Assembly: GCA_035296625.1 (NCBI GenBank) | Contig: DATHAO010000055.1 | Coordinates: 8,410-72,409 of the forward strand | DNA length: 64,000 nucleotides | Direction: 5' to 3' | Source of the DNA: Acidimicrobiales bacterium | GTDB lineage: Bacteria; Actinomycetota; Acidimicrobiia; Acidimicrobiales; VFJN01 | Part shown: positions 1 to 10,300 of the stretch, piece after piece | How the letters are laid out: every line of letters starts with the position of its first letter | Position numbering within the stretch: position 1 is the first letter of the stretch | Position numbers and translations under genes: made by a program | Notes under the pieces: model-generated | Database searches by the model: none | Seen by the model: the letters and a program-made list of their open reading frames with translations, nothing else | What the model was told of the DNA's origin: nothing

Positions 1-94
1 CAACAGGGCGACCGTGGCGGCCAGACGACGGTGCCCACGAACCATGCGGCGGAGAATATCCATGCCTCCGACATCGCGTAAAGTATGCCTAACC

Positions 95-805
95 ATGACT
101 GCGAGCACCGTGTCCCCCGTCGTCCTGTTCCTGCCCGCGCACGACGAGGAGGCCACCGTCGGGGCCGTCGTGGCCCGAGCCCCCGCCGCCGTGCGCGGCC
201 ACCCGGTCGTCGTGGTGGTCGTCGACGACGGGTCGACGGACGGTACGGCGCGAGCGGCGGCCGCCGCCGGGGCCCAGGTGCGGTCGCACGGCGCGAACCG
301 GGGTCTCGGCGCCGCCGTGCGGACCGGCCTGGCGCTCGGCGCCGAGCTGGACGCCGTCGCCGTGGCGTTCTGCGACGCGGACGGGGAGTACGCCCCGGAG
401 GAGCTCGAGCGCCTCGTCGGCCCCGTGCTCGACGGCCGGGCCGACTACGTCGTCGGCTCGCGCTTCGCCGGTGACGAGCGCTCGATGCACCCTCACCGGT
501 GGTTCGGCAATCGGGTGCTGACGCTGGGCGTGCGCATGCTCGTGCGCCGCTGGGGCGTGCTCGGCCTGACCGACGGCCAGTCCGGCTACCGGGTGCTGTC
601 GCCCGAGGCCGCCCGGCGGGCCGAGGTCGTCCACGACTTCAACTACGCGCAGGTGCTGACCCTCGACCTGGTGGCCAAGGGGTTCCGCTACGCCGAGGTG
701 CCCATCAGCTACCGGTTCCGGCAGCACGGGCGCTCGTTCGTGAGGCTGGGCCCGTACCTGCGCCGGGTCGTGCCGGGCGTGTGGCACGAGTTGCGCACGG
801 CGTAG
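95..805 (+). CDS. Family-2 glycosyltransferase (DPM1 / polyprenol-phosphate sugar synthase-like)
   Basis: ORF 14..805 carries GT-A/GT2 hallmarks: VVLFLPAHDEEATVGAVV, VVVVDDGSTDGT and FCDADGEY (DxD-type). I moved the start to the ATG at 95 because the upstream part is Arg-rich junk. Third-position GC is high. Confidence 0.8.
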   Translation: MTASTVSPVVLFLPAHDEEATVGAVVARAPAAVRGHPVVVVVVDDGSTDGTARAAAAAGAQVRSHGANRGLGAAVRTGLALGAELDAVAVAFCDADGEYAPEELERLVGPVLDGRADYVVGSRFAGDERSMHPHRWFGNRVLTLGVRMLVRRWGVLGLTDGQSGYRVLSPEAARRAEVVHDFNYAQVLTLDLVAKGFRYAEVPISYRFRQHGRSFVRLGPYLRRVVPGVWHELRTA

Positions 806-814
806 CGCCCGGGC

Positions 815-2200
815 TCAGTCCTCGACGACGAACGCGCGGAAGCCGTCGCGAGCCGCGGCCCACGTCCGGTGGTCGAACCCGCCGGCGGCGTCGAGGGCGT
901 CGGCGGCCGCCCACCCCATGGCGAGGGCGTGGTGGGTGTTGTCGGGGGTGAACAGACCCTGGCGGCCGAAAGTGGCCAGGCCGGGTAGGCCAGCGAGCCA
1001 TGCCTCGAGCGTGGCCAGGTCGGCGTCGTGGCCGGGGCGGTAGACGGGGTAGACGCGGGGGAGCCGGCGGCTCTCGACCTGCACCGGGCGAAGCTGCGGC
1101 AGGCCCACACGGGCCAGCTCGTCGGCCAGCCGCCCAGCCAGGGCGGCGTCGTCGGCCCGCCACGTGTCGTCACCGGCCCAGCAGGGGATCTCGGCGCACA
1201 GCACCGTGCGGTCGGCCGGCTCGCCGGGGTCGGCCCGGTAGTTGCGGGGTTCGGACACCCGGGCCGCCGCTACCTCGGGCCCGGGGAAGTAGTGGGCGTC
1301 GAACTCGGTCCACCGGGCGCGGTCAAGCACGACGTAGAGCAGCACGAGCGCCCGGTGGGCCAGCCGGCGGTCCGCTGCGGTCACGGCCTCGGGCGCTGGC
1401 GGGGCGACCGCGCGGGCCAGCGCGGAGACCGGCGCCGTCGACCACACGAGGTCGACGTCCAGCCGCTCGCCGCCGTCCAGGTGCAGCGCCCACCCGTGCC
1501 CGCCATCGCCGCGGGCGGTGAGGGCCTCGACGGTGCAGCCGAGGCGGATGTCGGCGCCGGCGGCGGTGGCCGCATCGCCCAGCGCCTCGGCGATGGCCCC
1601 GAACCCGGTGCGGGGGTAGAGGAACGTGCGGCCCTCCGGCCGGGCACCGCGCGCCAACCGGCGCACCACGTCGAGCGGACCGCCGGCGCTCACCCGGCGG
1701 CGGGCCAGCTCCCCGGCGAGCTCGGCGGGGTCGGAGTCCCACAGCTTGCGGGCGTAGGGGCCGTAGAAGGCGCGGAGCACGGCGGGACCGAGCCCGGCGC
1801 GCAGGACCTCCGCGAACGTGTCGGCCCTGGGCCGTCGCAGCGGGGACGTGAGGGCGTCGAGGCCGGCCCGGGCCGCGAAGCCCGGAGGCGCCCGGCGGAG
1901 CAGGTCGCCGGTGCGGAGCGGGAAGGCGACCCACCGGTCGAGCAGGCGGATGCGGCCGTGGCGGGGGCGGACCTGCAGGTCGTCACCCAGCAGGTCCTGC
2001 AGGGCGGCGAGGATCGGGGCCGGCGTGGCCGGGTGGAGGCGGTGGCTGCCGTGGTCGACCCGCAGGCCCGCCACCGTGAACGATCCGGCCATGCCGCCGA
2101 CCGTCGCGGCCCGGTCGACCACGACCACCTCGTGCCCGGCGCGGGCGGCGCGCCAGGCGGCGGCCAACCCAGCGGGGCCGGCCCCGACGACGCCGATCAC
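815..2200 (-). CDS. FAD/NAD(P)-binding oxidoreductase (amine-oxidase / protoporphyrinogen-oxidase-like fold)
   Basis: The N-terminus has a dinucleotide-binding motif (MIGVVGAGPAGLAAA...VVVVDRAATVGG). The protein is 461 aa. Its start overlaps the stop of the upstream ABC ATPase gene by 4 nt (2197..2200). Confidence 0.8.
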   Translation of the reverse strand: MIGVVGAGPAGLAAAWRAARAGHEVVVVDRAATVGGMAGSFTVAGLRVDHGSHRLHPATPAPILAALQDLLGDDLQVRPRHGRIRLLDRWVAFPLRTGDLLRRAPPGFAARAGLDALTSPLRRPRADTFAEVLRAGLGPAVLRAFYGPYARKLWDSDPAELAGELARRRVSAGGPLDVVRRLARGARPEGRTFLYPRTGFGAIAEALGDAATAAGADIRLGCTVEALTARGDGGHGWALHLDGGERLDVDLVWSTAPVSALARAVAPPAPEAVTAADRRLAHRALVLLYVVLDRARWTEFDAHYFPGPEVAAARVSEPRNYRADPGEPADRTVLCAEIPCWAGDDTWRADDAALAGRLADELARVGLPQLRPVQVESRRLPRVYPVYRPGHDADLATLEAWLAGLPGLATFGRQGLFTPDNTHHALAMGWAAADALDAAGGFDHRTWAAARDGFRAFVVED

Positions 2201-3324
2201 GTGCCGGGTAGGGGCCGGCTCGCCCCGCCGCCACGGGCCCCGCCGTGACCGGCCTCGGGGCCGCCGGGCGGCGCGGGATGGCCGTCGGGGCCGAAGGCCA
2301 TGGTGGGTGGGCCGTCGTAGCGAACGGCCACGGCGTCGCCCGGACCGAAGCGCGGCTGCGACCCTGCCCGGATCCGGAGCGCCGCCCCGACCCTGGGCTG
2401 CACGACGTACACGGTGTCGTGGCCGTAGAACTCGCGCTCCTCGACGGTGCCGGGCACGCCGTCGGCCCGGTCATCGAGGGGATCGAGGCGCAGCTCCTCG
2501 GGCCGGACCAGCACGCGCACGTCGCCGGCTGCCGCCCGACCGAGGGCGATGTCGCCGACAGCCGTGGCCGCCCGCGGGCCCGCCGCCTCGCCGGCGATCA
2601 GGTTGGCGTCGCCCACAAACGAGGCGACCCAGGCGGTCGCCGGGCGCGCGTAGAGCTCGGCCGGCGAGGCGTGCTGCACGACCCGGCCGTCGCTCACGAT
2701 CGCCACCTCGTCGCCCAGCAGGAACGCCTCGTCCTGGTCGTGGGTCACGAACACGGTCGTGATGCCGAGCTCGGACAGCAGGGCATGCACCTCGGCCCGG
2801 ACCTGCGCCCGCAGGGCGGCGTCGAGGTTGGAGAACGGCTCGTCGAGCAGCAGCACCTCGGGCCGGGGCGCCAGGGCCCGGGCCAGCGCCACCCGCTGCT
2901 GCTGCCCGCCCGACAGCGTGCCCGGGTGGCGGTCGCCCAGCCCGCCGAGGCCGACCATGGCGAGCACGTCGTCCACCCGCGGCCCGCGCCGCTCGCCCCG
3001 GGGGAGGCCGTACCCCACGTTGCGGGCCACGCTGAGGTGCGGAAACAGGGCCCAGTCCTGGAACACCATGCCGATGCGCCGACGCTCGGGCGCCACGTGG
3101 GTGCCGGGGCCCGCCACCAGCCGACCGCCCAGCCGCACCACGCCGGAGTCGAGCCGCTCGAGGCCGGCGATCGTGCGGAGCAACGTGGTCTTGCCACCGC
3201 CGCTGGGGCCGAGCACGGCGAGCACGGTGCCGGGCGGCACGCGCACGTCGATGCCCCGGAGCACCTCGGTGCTCCCGAAGCCCTTGCGCAGGCGCCCGAC
3301 CTCGATCGCCGCGACGGTGTTCAT
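2197..3324 (-). CDS. ABC transporter ATP-binding protein (PotA/FbpC/CysA-type importer ATPase with C-terminal TOBE-like region)
   Basis: Walker A GPSGGGKTT, ABC signature LSGGQQQRVALARAL, Walker B LLLDEPFS and H-loop VTHD are all present. No permease or solute-binding gene is adjacent. Confidence 0.9.
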   Translation of the reverse strand: MNTVAAIEVGRLRKGFGSTEVLRGIDVRVPPGTVLAVLGPSGGGKTTLLRTIAGLERLDSGVVRLGGRLVAGPGTHVAPERRRIGMVFQDWALFPHLSVARNVGYGLPRGERRGPRVDDVLAMVGLGGLGDRHPGTLSGGQQQRVALARALAPRPEVLLLDEPFSNLDAALRAQVRAEVHALLSELGITTVFVTHDQDEAFLLGDEVAIVSDGRVVQHASPAELYARPATAWVASFVGDANLIAGEAAGPRAATAVGDIALGRAAAGDVRVLVRPEELRLDPLDDRADGVPGTVEEREFYGHDTVYVVQPRVGAALRIRAGSQPRFGPGDAVAVRYDGPPTMAFGPDGHPAPPGGPEAGHGGARGGGASRPLPGT

Positions 3325-3383
3325 GTACCTTCACACGTTAGTGCCGGACTCCCTACTACGCCGTACCCGATGAGCGACCGCCG

Positions 3384-4295
3384 ATGATCGCGGTCACCGG
3401 CGCGGCCGGGTTCATCGGCCGCCACCTCGTCGCCGACCTGCGCGGGGGCGGCGACGACGTCGTCGGCCTCGACCGCCGGCCGGGCGCCGACATCGTCGCC
3501 GACCTGGTCGCCGACGACATCGCCCTCGACGTCGTGCGCAGCGCCGATGCCGTGTTCCACCTGGCCGGCGCAGGAGGCGTCCGCCGCTCCGGCCGTACCG
3601 CGGAGGCGACGTGGTGGCGCGACAACGTGCTGGCCACCGACGCCGTCCTGCGGGCCGTGCCCCGGTCGACGCCGCTCGTCGTGGCGTCGTCGTCGAGCGT
3701 CTACGGCGGCACGGCCGGACGGGCCTGCCGCGAGGGCGATCCGCTGCGGCCGCGGGGCGGCTACGCCCGCTCGAAGCTGGCGGTCGAGCGCCTCACACGG
3801 CGCCGGCTGGCCGCCGGCGGCCACGTGGCCGTAGCCCGGCCGTTCACGGTCGCCGGCGAGCACCAGCGGCCCGACATGGCGCTGGCCCGGTGGATCGCCG
3901 CCGCGGCGGCGGGCGAGCCGCTCCGGGTATTCGGCTCGCCGGCCCGGCGGCGGGACGTCACAGACGTCCGCCAGGTGGTCGCGGTGCTGGTCGCCATGGC
4001 CCGGCGTGAGGTCCTCGGCTCGCTCAACGTTGGCACCGGGACGTCGTTCACGCTGCGAGAGATGGTCGATGCCGTCGTCGAGGCGGTGGGTCCCGCCGAG
4101 ATCGTCGTCGAGCGGGCCCATCGCGACGAGGTCGAGGCCTCGCTGGCCGACACCGGCCGGTGCCGGCGGCTCCTGGGGTTCGTGCCCGTCACCGATCTGG
4201 CCGCGCTCGTCCGGCGCCAGGCGGCGGCCGCCGGGGCGGCCGCGACCGGCGGCGGACCCGCCGAGGTCCTCCGACCCGCCTCGGCCAGCGCCTGA
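3384..4295 (+). CDS. NAD-dependent epimerase/dehydratase (extended SDR)
   Basis: Rossmann motif MIAVTGAAGFIGRHL and catalytic YxxxK (GYARSKLAVE). The gene is divergent from the ABC ATPase gene across a 59-bp gap. Confidence 0.85.
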   Translation: MIAVTGAAGFIGRHLVADLRGGGDDVVGLDRRPGADIVADLVADDIALDVVRSADAVFHLAGAGGVRRSGRTAEATWWRDNVLATDAVLRAVPRSTPLVVASSSSVYGGTAGRACREGDPLRPRGGYARSKLAVERLTRRRLAAGGHVAVARPFTVAGEHQRPDMALARWIAAAAAGEPLRVFGSPARRRDVTDVRQVVAVLVAMARREVLGSLNVGTGTSFTLREMVDAVVEAVGPAEIVVERAHRDEVEASLADTGRCRRLLGFVPVTDLAALVRRQAAAAGAAATGGGPAEVLRPASASA

Positions 4296-4384
4296 CAGCC
4301 CGCCGGTCGGCGCCGGGCGCGGTGGCCCACGGGCGCCAACGGCTCGGCCTTCGGCGGCAATCCTGTCGCCTGCGCCGGGTGCGT

Positions 4385-6934
4385 TCAGGTCCCGGGCGCG
4401 GCCTCGACCGCCACCTCGACGGTGTGGGCGATGTCGGCCGAGCTGCGCCCGACGAGCAGGCGGTATGGCCCCGGGTCGACCTGCCAGCCGGGCTGGCGGG
4501 GACGGCGCCCGGTCGAGACCGGCAGGTAGGCCATGCGGGCCTCGATGTCCGGGCGGTCGGGCTGGCCGGGGTCCCAGTAGGCGAAGGCCCGGTCGCCGAG
4601 CTCGAGCCGCACCGTCGTCGTCTCGTCCGGGTCGAGCCACACCTTGGCGAAGGCCCGCAGCTCCTTGGGCGGCCGCACGAGGCGGGTCGGCGTGGGCGGC
4701 GCCACGTAGAGCTGCACGACCTCGGCGCCGCGCCGGTCGCCGGTGTTCCTGACCGGCACGTCGACCGCCAGGACCTCGCCGGGCCGCAACGACGTGGCCG
4801 ACAGGACAGGCGTGCCGATCGCGCACGCGGTGTACGACAGCCCGTGGCCGAACGGGAACCGCGTCGGCAGGTGGCGGGCCTCGAACCAGCGGTAGCCGAC
4901 GAGAACGCCTTCGCCGTAGCGCACGGCGCCGTTCTCCCCCGGGAAGTTGCCGTGCGCCGGGCCGTGCTCGACCCGCTCGGGCAGCGTGACCGGCAGGCGC
5001 CCACCCGGGTCCGTGTCGCCGACCAGCACCCCGGCCAGGGCGGACGCCATCTCCTGCCCGCCGAACCATGCCTGGAGCACGGCTCGGGCCTCGCCCGCCC
5101 AGTCGAGCGTGACCGGCGAGCCGGCGTTGACCACCACGACCGTGGCGTGGTTGGCGGCCAGCACCCGGCGGACCAGCTCGTCCTGGCGGCCGGGCAGGTC
5201 CATCGAGGCGCGGTCGTGGCCCTCGGACTCCCAGTCGCCGGTCGTTCCGACGACCACGATCGCGGCATCCGCGGCCGCGGCGGCGTCGGCGGCCCGCTGC
5301 ATCAGGTCGTCGGTGGCGGCCCGGCGCCAACCGAGGCGGAAGCCGCCGGCACCGGCCCGCTCCCAGCCCATGTACTCGACCACCACGTCCACCGGCACGT
5401 CGGCCTGGAGATCGACCGTGGCCGTGAGCTCCTCGCTGCCGTATCCGAAGAAGGCCTCACCCCGCGGCGGTCGCTCGGCCACCCCGTCGATCACCACCCG
5501 CCCGCCGACGAGCACGCGGGCGCCCGCAACCTGGACGAGGCCGAGCTCGTGGGGACCTGACTCGTCGGGTGTCACGCGGGTACGCGCCCGCAGCGACCAG
5601 CCGGCGTCGGGCACGGTCGGCGCGGGCGGGCTCATGTAGAGGGCTTCGCCGGCCGGCGAGTGGGCCACGTGGACGACCTCGCCCGCCAGGTCGGGACGGG
5701 CGTGGAACTCGAGGTCGAAGCCCGGGCCCGCGCCGCTCGGCGCCGCGGTGCGCCGCCCGGCGAGCAACGGGAGCACCTTGTCGTTGGTGCATCCCGGCTC
5801 GTGCACGATCGTCACCCCGTCGCCCAGCCGCGCCCGCAGCCCGTCGAGCGGGCTCTCGAGCCGGTGCGCCCGCAGCGACGCCGAGCCGCCGCCCATGATG
5901 TGAGCCCGCGCCGCGTTCGGGCCGATCACCGCCAAGGTGCCCAGGCGGGCGGGGTCGAGGGGTAGCAGCCCGTCGTTGGCCAGCAGCACGATGGCCTCGG
6001 CGGCGGCCCGCCGGGCGACGTCGCGGTCCTCGGGCCGCTCCTCGGCGGCCTCGACCCGCTCGGCGTCCACCGGGTCATCGAGCGCGCCGATGCGGTCGAA
6101 CGCCGTGAGGAGGCGCCGGACCTGGGCGTCGACGAGCTTCTCGTCGACGGCGCCGGACCGGACGGCGTCGGCTAGGGCCGGGCCGAACGCCCGCGCCGGG
6201 CCCGGCATCTCGAGGTCGACGCCGGCTGCCGCCGAGCCCTCGGTGTCGACGAAGCCGAACCAGTCGGTGACGACGAAGCCGTCGAAGCCCCACTCGTCGC
6301 GGGCGATGCCCTCGAGCACCTCCCGGCGCTCGGTGACCCACCGCGCGTTGAGCCGGTTGTAGGCGGTCATCAGCCCGAGCGAGCCGCCCTCGCGCACGGC
6401 TGCCTCGAAGGGGGCGAGGTAGAGCTCGCGCAGCGCCCGCTCGTCGATCTCGGAGCTGATCGTGTGGCGCTCGAACTCGGCGTCGTTGCCCACCAGGTGC
6501 TTCACCGTGGTGGCGACACCTTCGCCCTGGGCGCCCCGCACGAAGGCTGCGGCCAGGCGGCCCGAGAGCAACGGGTCCTCGGCGTAGCACTCGAAGTTGC
6601 GCCCGGCGAGCGGTGAGCGGTGGAGGTTGACGGTGGGGGCGAGGAGCACCCTGGCCGACTTGCGGCGGGCGTCGCGCCCGATGGCTGCGCCGACCTCCTC
6701 GACGAGGTCGGGATGCCAGGTGGCGCCGAGGGCGGACCCACACGGCAGGCATAGGCTCGTCGGGCCGTCGGGCCCCATGATCGAGCCGCGGGCACCGTTC
6801 GGGCCGTCGGAGAGGAAGACCGTGGGGATGCCGAGCCGGGGCACCGCCACCGTCGACCAGAAGTCGACCCCCGCCGTCAGCGCGGCCTTCTCGTCGAGCG
6901 TCAGCTTGTCGACCAGGGCATCGATCTCTGTCAC
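4385..6934 (-). CDS. Glycoside hydrolase family 3 beta-glucosidase
   Basis: 849 aa. GH3 N-terminal motifs LSDGPNGARG and KHLVGND, plus the nucleophile region GFDGFVVTDW. Confidence 0.9.
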   Translation of the reverse strand: MTEIDALVDKLTLDEKAALTAGVDFWSTVAVPRLGIPTVFLSDGPNGARGSIMGPDGPTSLCLPCGSALGATWHPDLVEEVGAAIGRDARRKSARVLLAPTVNLHRSPLAGRNFECYAEDPLLSGRLAAAFVRGAQGEGVATTVKHLVGNDAEFERHTISSEIDERALRELYLAPFEAAVREGGSLGLMTAYNRLNARWVTERREVLEGIARDEWGFDGFVVTDWFGFVDTEGSAAAGVDLEMPGPARAFGPALADAVRSGAVDEKLVDAQVRRLLTAFDRIGALDDPVDAERVEAAEERPEDRDVARRAAAEAIVLLANDGLLPLDPARLGTLAVIGPNAARAHIMGGGSASLRAHRLESPLDGLRARLGDGVTIVHEPGCTNDKVLPLLAGRRTAAPSGAGPGFDLEFHARPDLAGEVVHVAHSPAGEALYMSPPAPTVPDAGWSLRARTRVTPDESGPHELGLVQVAGARVLVGGRVVIDGVAERPPRGEAFFGYGSEELTATVDLQADVPVDVVVEYMGWERAGAGGFRLGWRRAATDDLMQRAADAAAAADAAIVVVGTTGDWESEGHDRASMDLPGRQDELVRRVLAANHATVVVVNAGSPVTLDWAGEARAVLQAWFGGQEMASALAGVLVGDTDPGGRLPVTLPERVEHGPAHGNFPGENGAVRYGEGVLVGYRWFEARHLPTRFPFGHGLSYTACAIGTPVLSATSLRPGEVLAVDVPVRNTGDRRGAEVVQLYVAPPTPTRLVRPPKELRAFAKVWLDPDETTTVRLELGDRAFAYWDPGQPDRPDIEARMAYLPVSTGRRPRQPGWQVDPGPYRLLVGRSSADIAHTVEVAVEAAPGT

Positions 6935-7323
6935 GGTCGCATCGAAGCCGGGACCGGTGCGGTCGTCAACCGTGACCGACCCGCGGTCAGGTCGGCCAGG
7001 CGGGACTCTCGAGCCGTAGCATCCACCGCCGATCGGGGCGTCTCCATACCGTCACCTCCCCCCGGCCGGCGGGGCCCTGGGTCCTCCCACGCCGTCGCGC
7101 GTCACGAGTAGTGTTCGGTGGTCGGCACGCGCACGGTACGGCCAGACCACTCCGCACCCCCGACGCGACGCCGACGAGTCGAGACGCTGGTTCGCCGTTC
7201 GCTTGTCCCGCCACAACGGTCCCTTCGTGTGCGCGCATGACCTTCGATCGGCCTTGAGCAGGGGTTCTGTGATGGTGCGGTTCGGGCGATCAGCGACGGG
7301 CGGCCGGTGTCCCGGCCTGCTCC

Positions 7324-10300
7324 GTGCCGGGTCCCGCCCAGCGGCTGCGCCACGCCGCGGAGCGCGCCGTGCACCCTGACATCCGTCGGGAGCAGGACTA
7401 CTTCGACCGGGCGCTCGCGCTCCACGAGCGCCAACGCCCGCACTCTCCGGGCGTCGACCCCGACGCCGACGCCCGGGTGCTCGACCAGCTTCGCAGCCGC
7501 CTGGCGGTGTTCCCCCAGGTCGACGCCGCCGAGGGCGTGGCCTTCGGGCGCATCGACGCCGAGGGGGAAAGCTTCTACATCGGCAAGGACGCCGTCTGGA
7601 ACGACGAGAACGAGATCGTCGTCGTCAACTGGCAGGCGCCGATCGCCGCTCCGTTCTACACGGCCTCCGCGGCCGACCCCGAGGGCATCGACGCCCGGCG
7701 GGCCTACCGCTGCCGGGCCAACCGCATCCTCGACATCGACGAGGAGGTGTTCACGGGCATTGCGCGAGCTGTGGCCCAGGGCCGCGGGCCCGTCGTGTCC
7801 GACACCCTGCTGGACGCGCTCGGCGAGACCCGCTCGGGGGCGCTGCGCGACGTCGTCGCCAGCATCCAGCGCGATCAGTACGACGTCATCACCCGCGATC
7901 CCGACCAGGTGCTCGTCGTCCAGGGCGGTCCCGGCACCGGCAAGACTCAGGTGGGCCTGCACCGCGTGTCGTGGCTGCTCCACAACCACCGCGACCGCAT
8001 CGGTCCGGGCGACGTGCTCGTCGTCGGGCCGAACCCGGCCTTCGTCCGCTACATCTCGACGGTCCTGCCCGCCCTCGGCGACCAGGCCACCGTGCAGCTG
8101 CCGATCACGGCGCTCGGGCCCCGGGTGCGCATCGGCCGCACCGACCCTCCCGAGCTGCGGCGGCTCAAGGGCGACCGGCGCATGCTGCGCGTCATCGTCA
8201 GCGGCCTGCGCAACCGCCAGCGCATCGAGACCCGGCCGATCGACCTCAAGGTCGACCGTCGCATCGTCCGCCTCGACGGCACGAGGGTCGCGGCCCGCGC
8301 CCGCCAGCTCAGCGCCCGGCCGCACAACGAGGCGTTCCGCGAACTGCGGGCGTTCCTGCTCGCCGAGGCGCGCGCCCACCTCGCCGGGCGGGCGAGCCGC
8401 AACGGCGACGACCGCGAGCCCGACGTGCGCGGCGAGGCCACCCGGGCGGTCGACGACTACCTGGCGCAGGCCTGGCCCACGCTGACGCCCCAGGCGTTCC
8501 TCGTCGACCTGCTCTCCAGCCCCGTGCAGCTGACGGCCGCCGCCGCCGGCCTGCTGACCGACGACGAGATGGCTCTGCTCGCCATCCCCGCCGACGTGCG
8601 GGTCGGGGCGTGGCAGTGGTCCGCGCACGACGTCGCGCTGCTCGACGCCGCAGACGTGCTGCTGAACGGCGCGCCGGCCACCTTCGAGCACATCGTGGTC
8701 GACGAGGCCCAGGATCTCTCCCCCATGCAGCTCGAGTCGATCCGGCGGCGGTCGCGGTCGGGTTCCATGACCCTGCTCGGCGACCTGGCGCAGGGCACGA
8801 GCCCGTGGGCGCGCGCCTCGTGGGAGGAGGTGGCGCTGCACCTCAAGCGAGACCGGGTGCCCACCGAGATCGTCGAGCTGTCCACGAGCTACCGGTTGCC
8901 CGCCGAGGTCCACGAGGTGGCGATGCGGCTGCTGCCGTCGATCGCCCCCCACCTCGAGGCGCCGGTCGCCGTGCGCGAGACCGGCTACGGGGTCGAGGTC
9001 ACCGAGGCGGCCGACCTTGCCGAGGCAACGATCGAGGCCGTCCACCGCCTGCTCGACGTGGGCATGGTGGGCATCGTCGTGCCGGCGCGGCACCGGGCCC
9101 GGGTGGCGGCGGCGCTGGAGCGGGCCGATCTGGCGTGGACGCCCGAGCTGCGGGGCGGCAGCGCCCCGATCGTGCTGCTGTCCGCCGAGGCCGCCAAGGG
9201 CCTCGAGTTCGACGGTGTGGTCGTGGTCGAGCCGGCGCTGATCATGACCGAGTCCGAGCGGGGGCTGCGCACCCTGTTCATCGCCATGACGCGGTGCACG
9301 CAGCGGTTGGCGCTCGTCCACAGCGACCCGTTGCCGGTCGAGCTGGGGACGATCGATCCCGCACCCTCGCCGCGGCGGGTGACGTCGCTGCTCCCGCCCG
9401 AGCCCGACGAGCCGGATGAGCCGTCGCCGTCGCCGTACTCGTCGTACTCGTCGCCGTTCTCGTCGTCGGGTGCCTCCGGCCAGTCCGTCCCGTCGTCGTC
9501 GGTCTCGTCATCGTCGGGTGCCTCCGCTCGGTCCCTCCCATCGTCGTCGGACCGGTCCCGTTCGCCGGGTGGCGCCGGGGCCGGACCGACCCCGTCGCGT
9601 CCGCCAACGCCGCGCTCCGCCTCGAGGGTGTCGTCGTCGGACGGCCCTGGACCGGGTGCGCCCGCGTCCTCCGGTTTGTTCGGCTCGGGGGTCGGATCGT
9701 CCGGTTCGTTCGGCTCGGGTGCCGAATCGTCCGAGTGGTCGGACTCGTCCGCGTCCGGCTCGTTCGGTCCGGACGCCGGGTCGCCGGCCGGTGCATCGCC
9801 GGCCAGGGACCGCTCCACCGACGGTGGTGCTGGGTCGTCCGGTCGCCCGGTGCCCGGGGACGACCGGTCGGTGGGCGTGTTCGGTCGCCCGGCCGACGAG
9901 CTCGACCGTGGCACCGGAGTGGACGAGCGACCCGGACCCAACGACGATCCGTCTGCCGGCTCGTCTGGCGCGGGCGTGGAGTCGTCGGACCCCGCCGCCG
10001 GATCGTCGGATCGGTCCGCCGGGTGGTCGGACCGCCCCGCCGGATCGTCGGATCGCGCCACCGAATCGATTCGCCCCGCCGGGTCGTCGGATCGCGCCGC
10101 TGAATCGGATCCCGCCGGGTCGTCGGATCGCGCCGCCGAGTCGTCGGACCGGTCCGCCGGGTCGTCGGACCTCGCCGCCCGGTGGTCGGACCGCTCCGCC
10201 GGGTCGCCGGACAACGGCGGTGCCGAGGATCCGTCCTCTGGGGCCGGTTCCGCGGGCGGGCATCGCGTCGGCGCATCCGGTCGCTCCACGCCGGCCGACG

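Noticed and set aside
1-63. Possible start of a minus-strand gene running off the left edge, reading MDILRRMVRGHRRLAATVALL from an ATG at 63.
   Set aside because: Only 21 codons are visible, GC3 is mediocre, and the GGAGG lies too close to the ATG. It cannot be supported from this window.
3321-5330. 669-aa minus-strand ORF, with similar long ORFs at 4160..5560 (+) and 4189..5268 (-).
   Set aside because: The translations are Arg/Pro/Gly-rich with no motifs. They overlap the clearly recognisable SDR epimerase and GH3 genes in other frames. These are typical high-GC alternative-frame artefacts.
7100-7323. A rifamycin-associated element (RAE)-type palindrome upstream of the HelD-like gene.
   Set aside because: I found only short GC palindromes such as tgcgcgca. 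Nothing resembled a ~19-bp inverted repeat, and I cannot recall the consensus precisely enough to call it by eye.
7102-9321. 739-aa minus-strand ORF antisense to the helicase domain.
   Set aside because: The plus-strand frame carries complete SF1 helicase motifs, while the antisense translation is low-complexity and Arg/Gly/Asp-rich.
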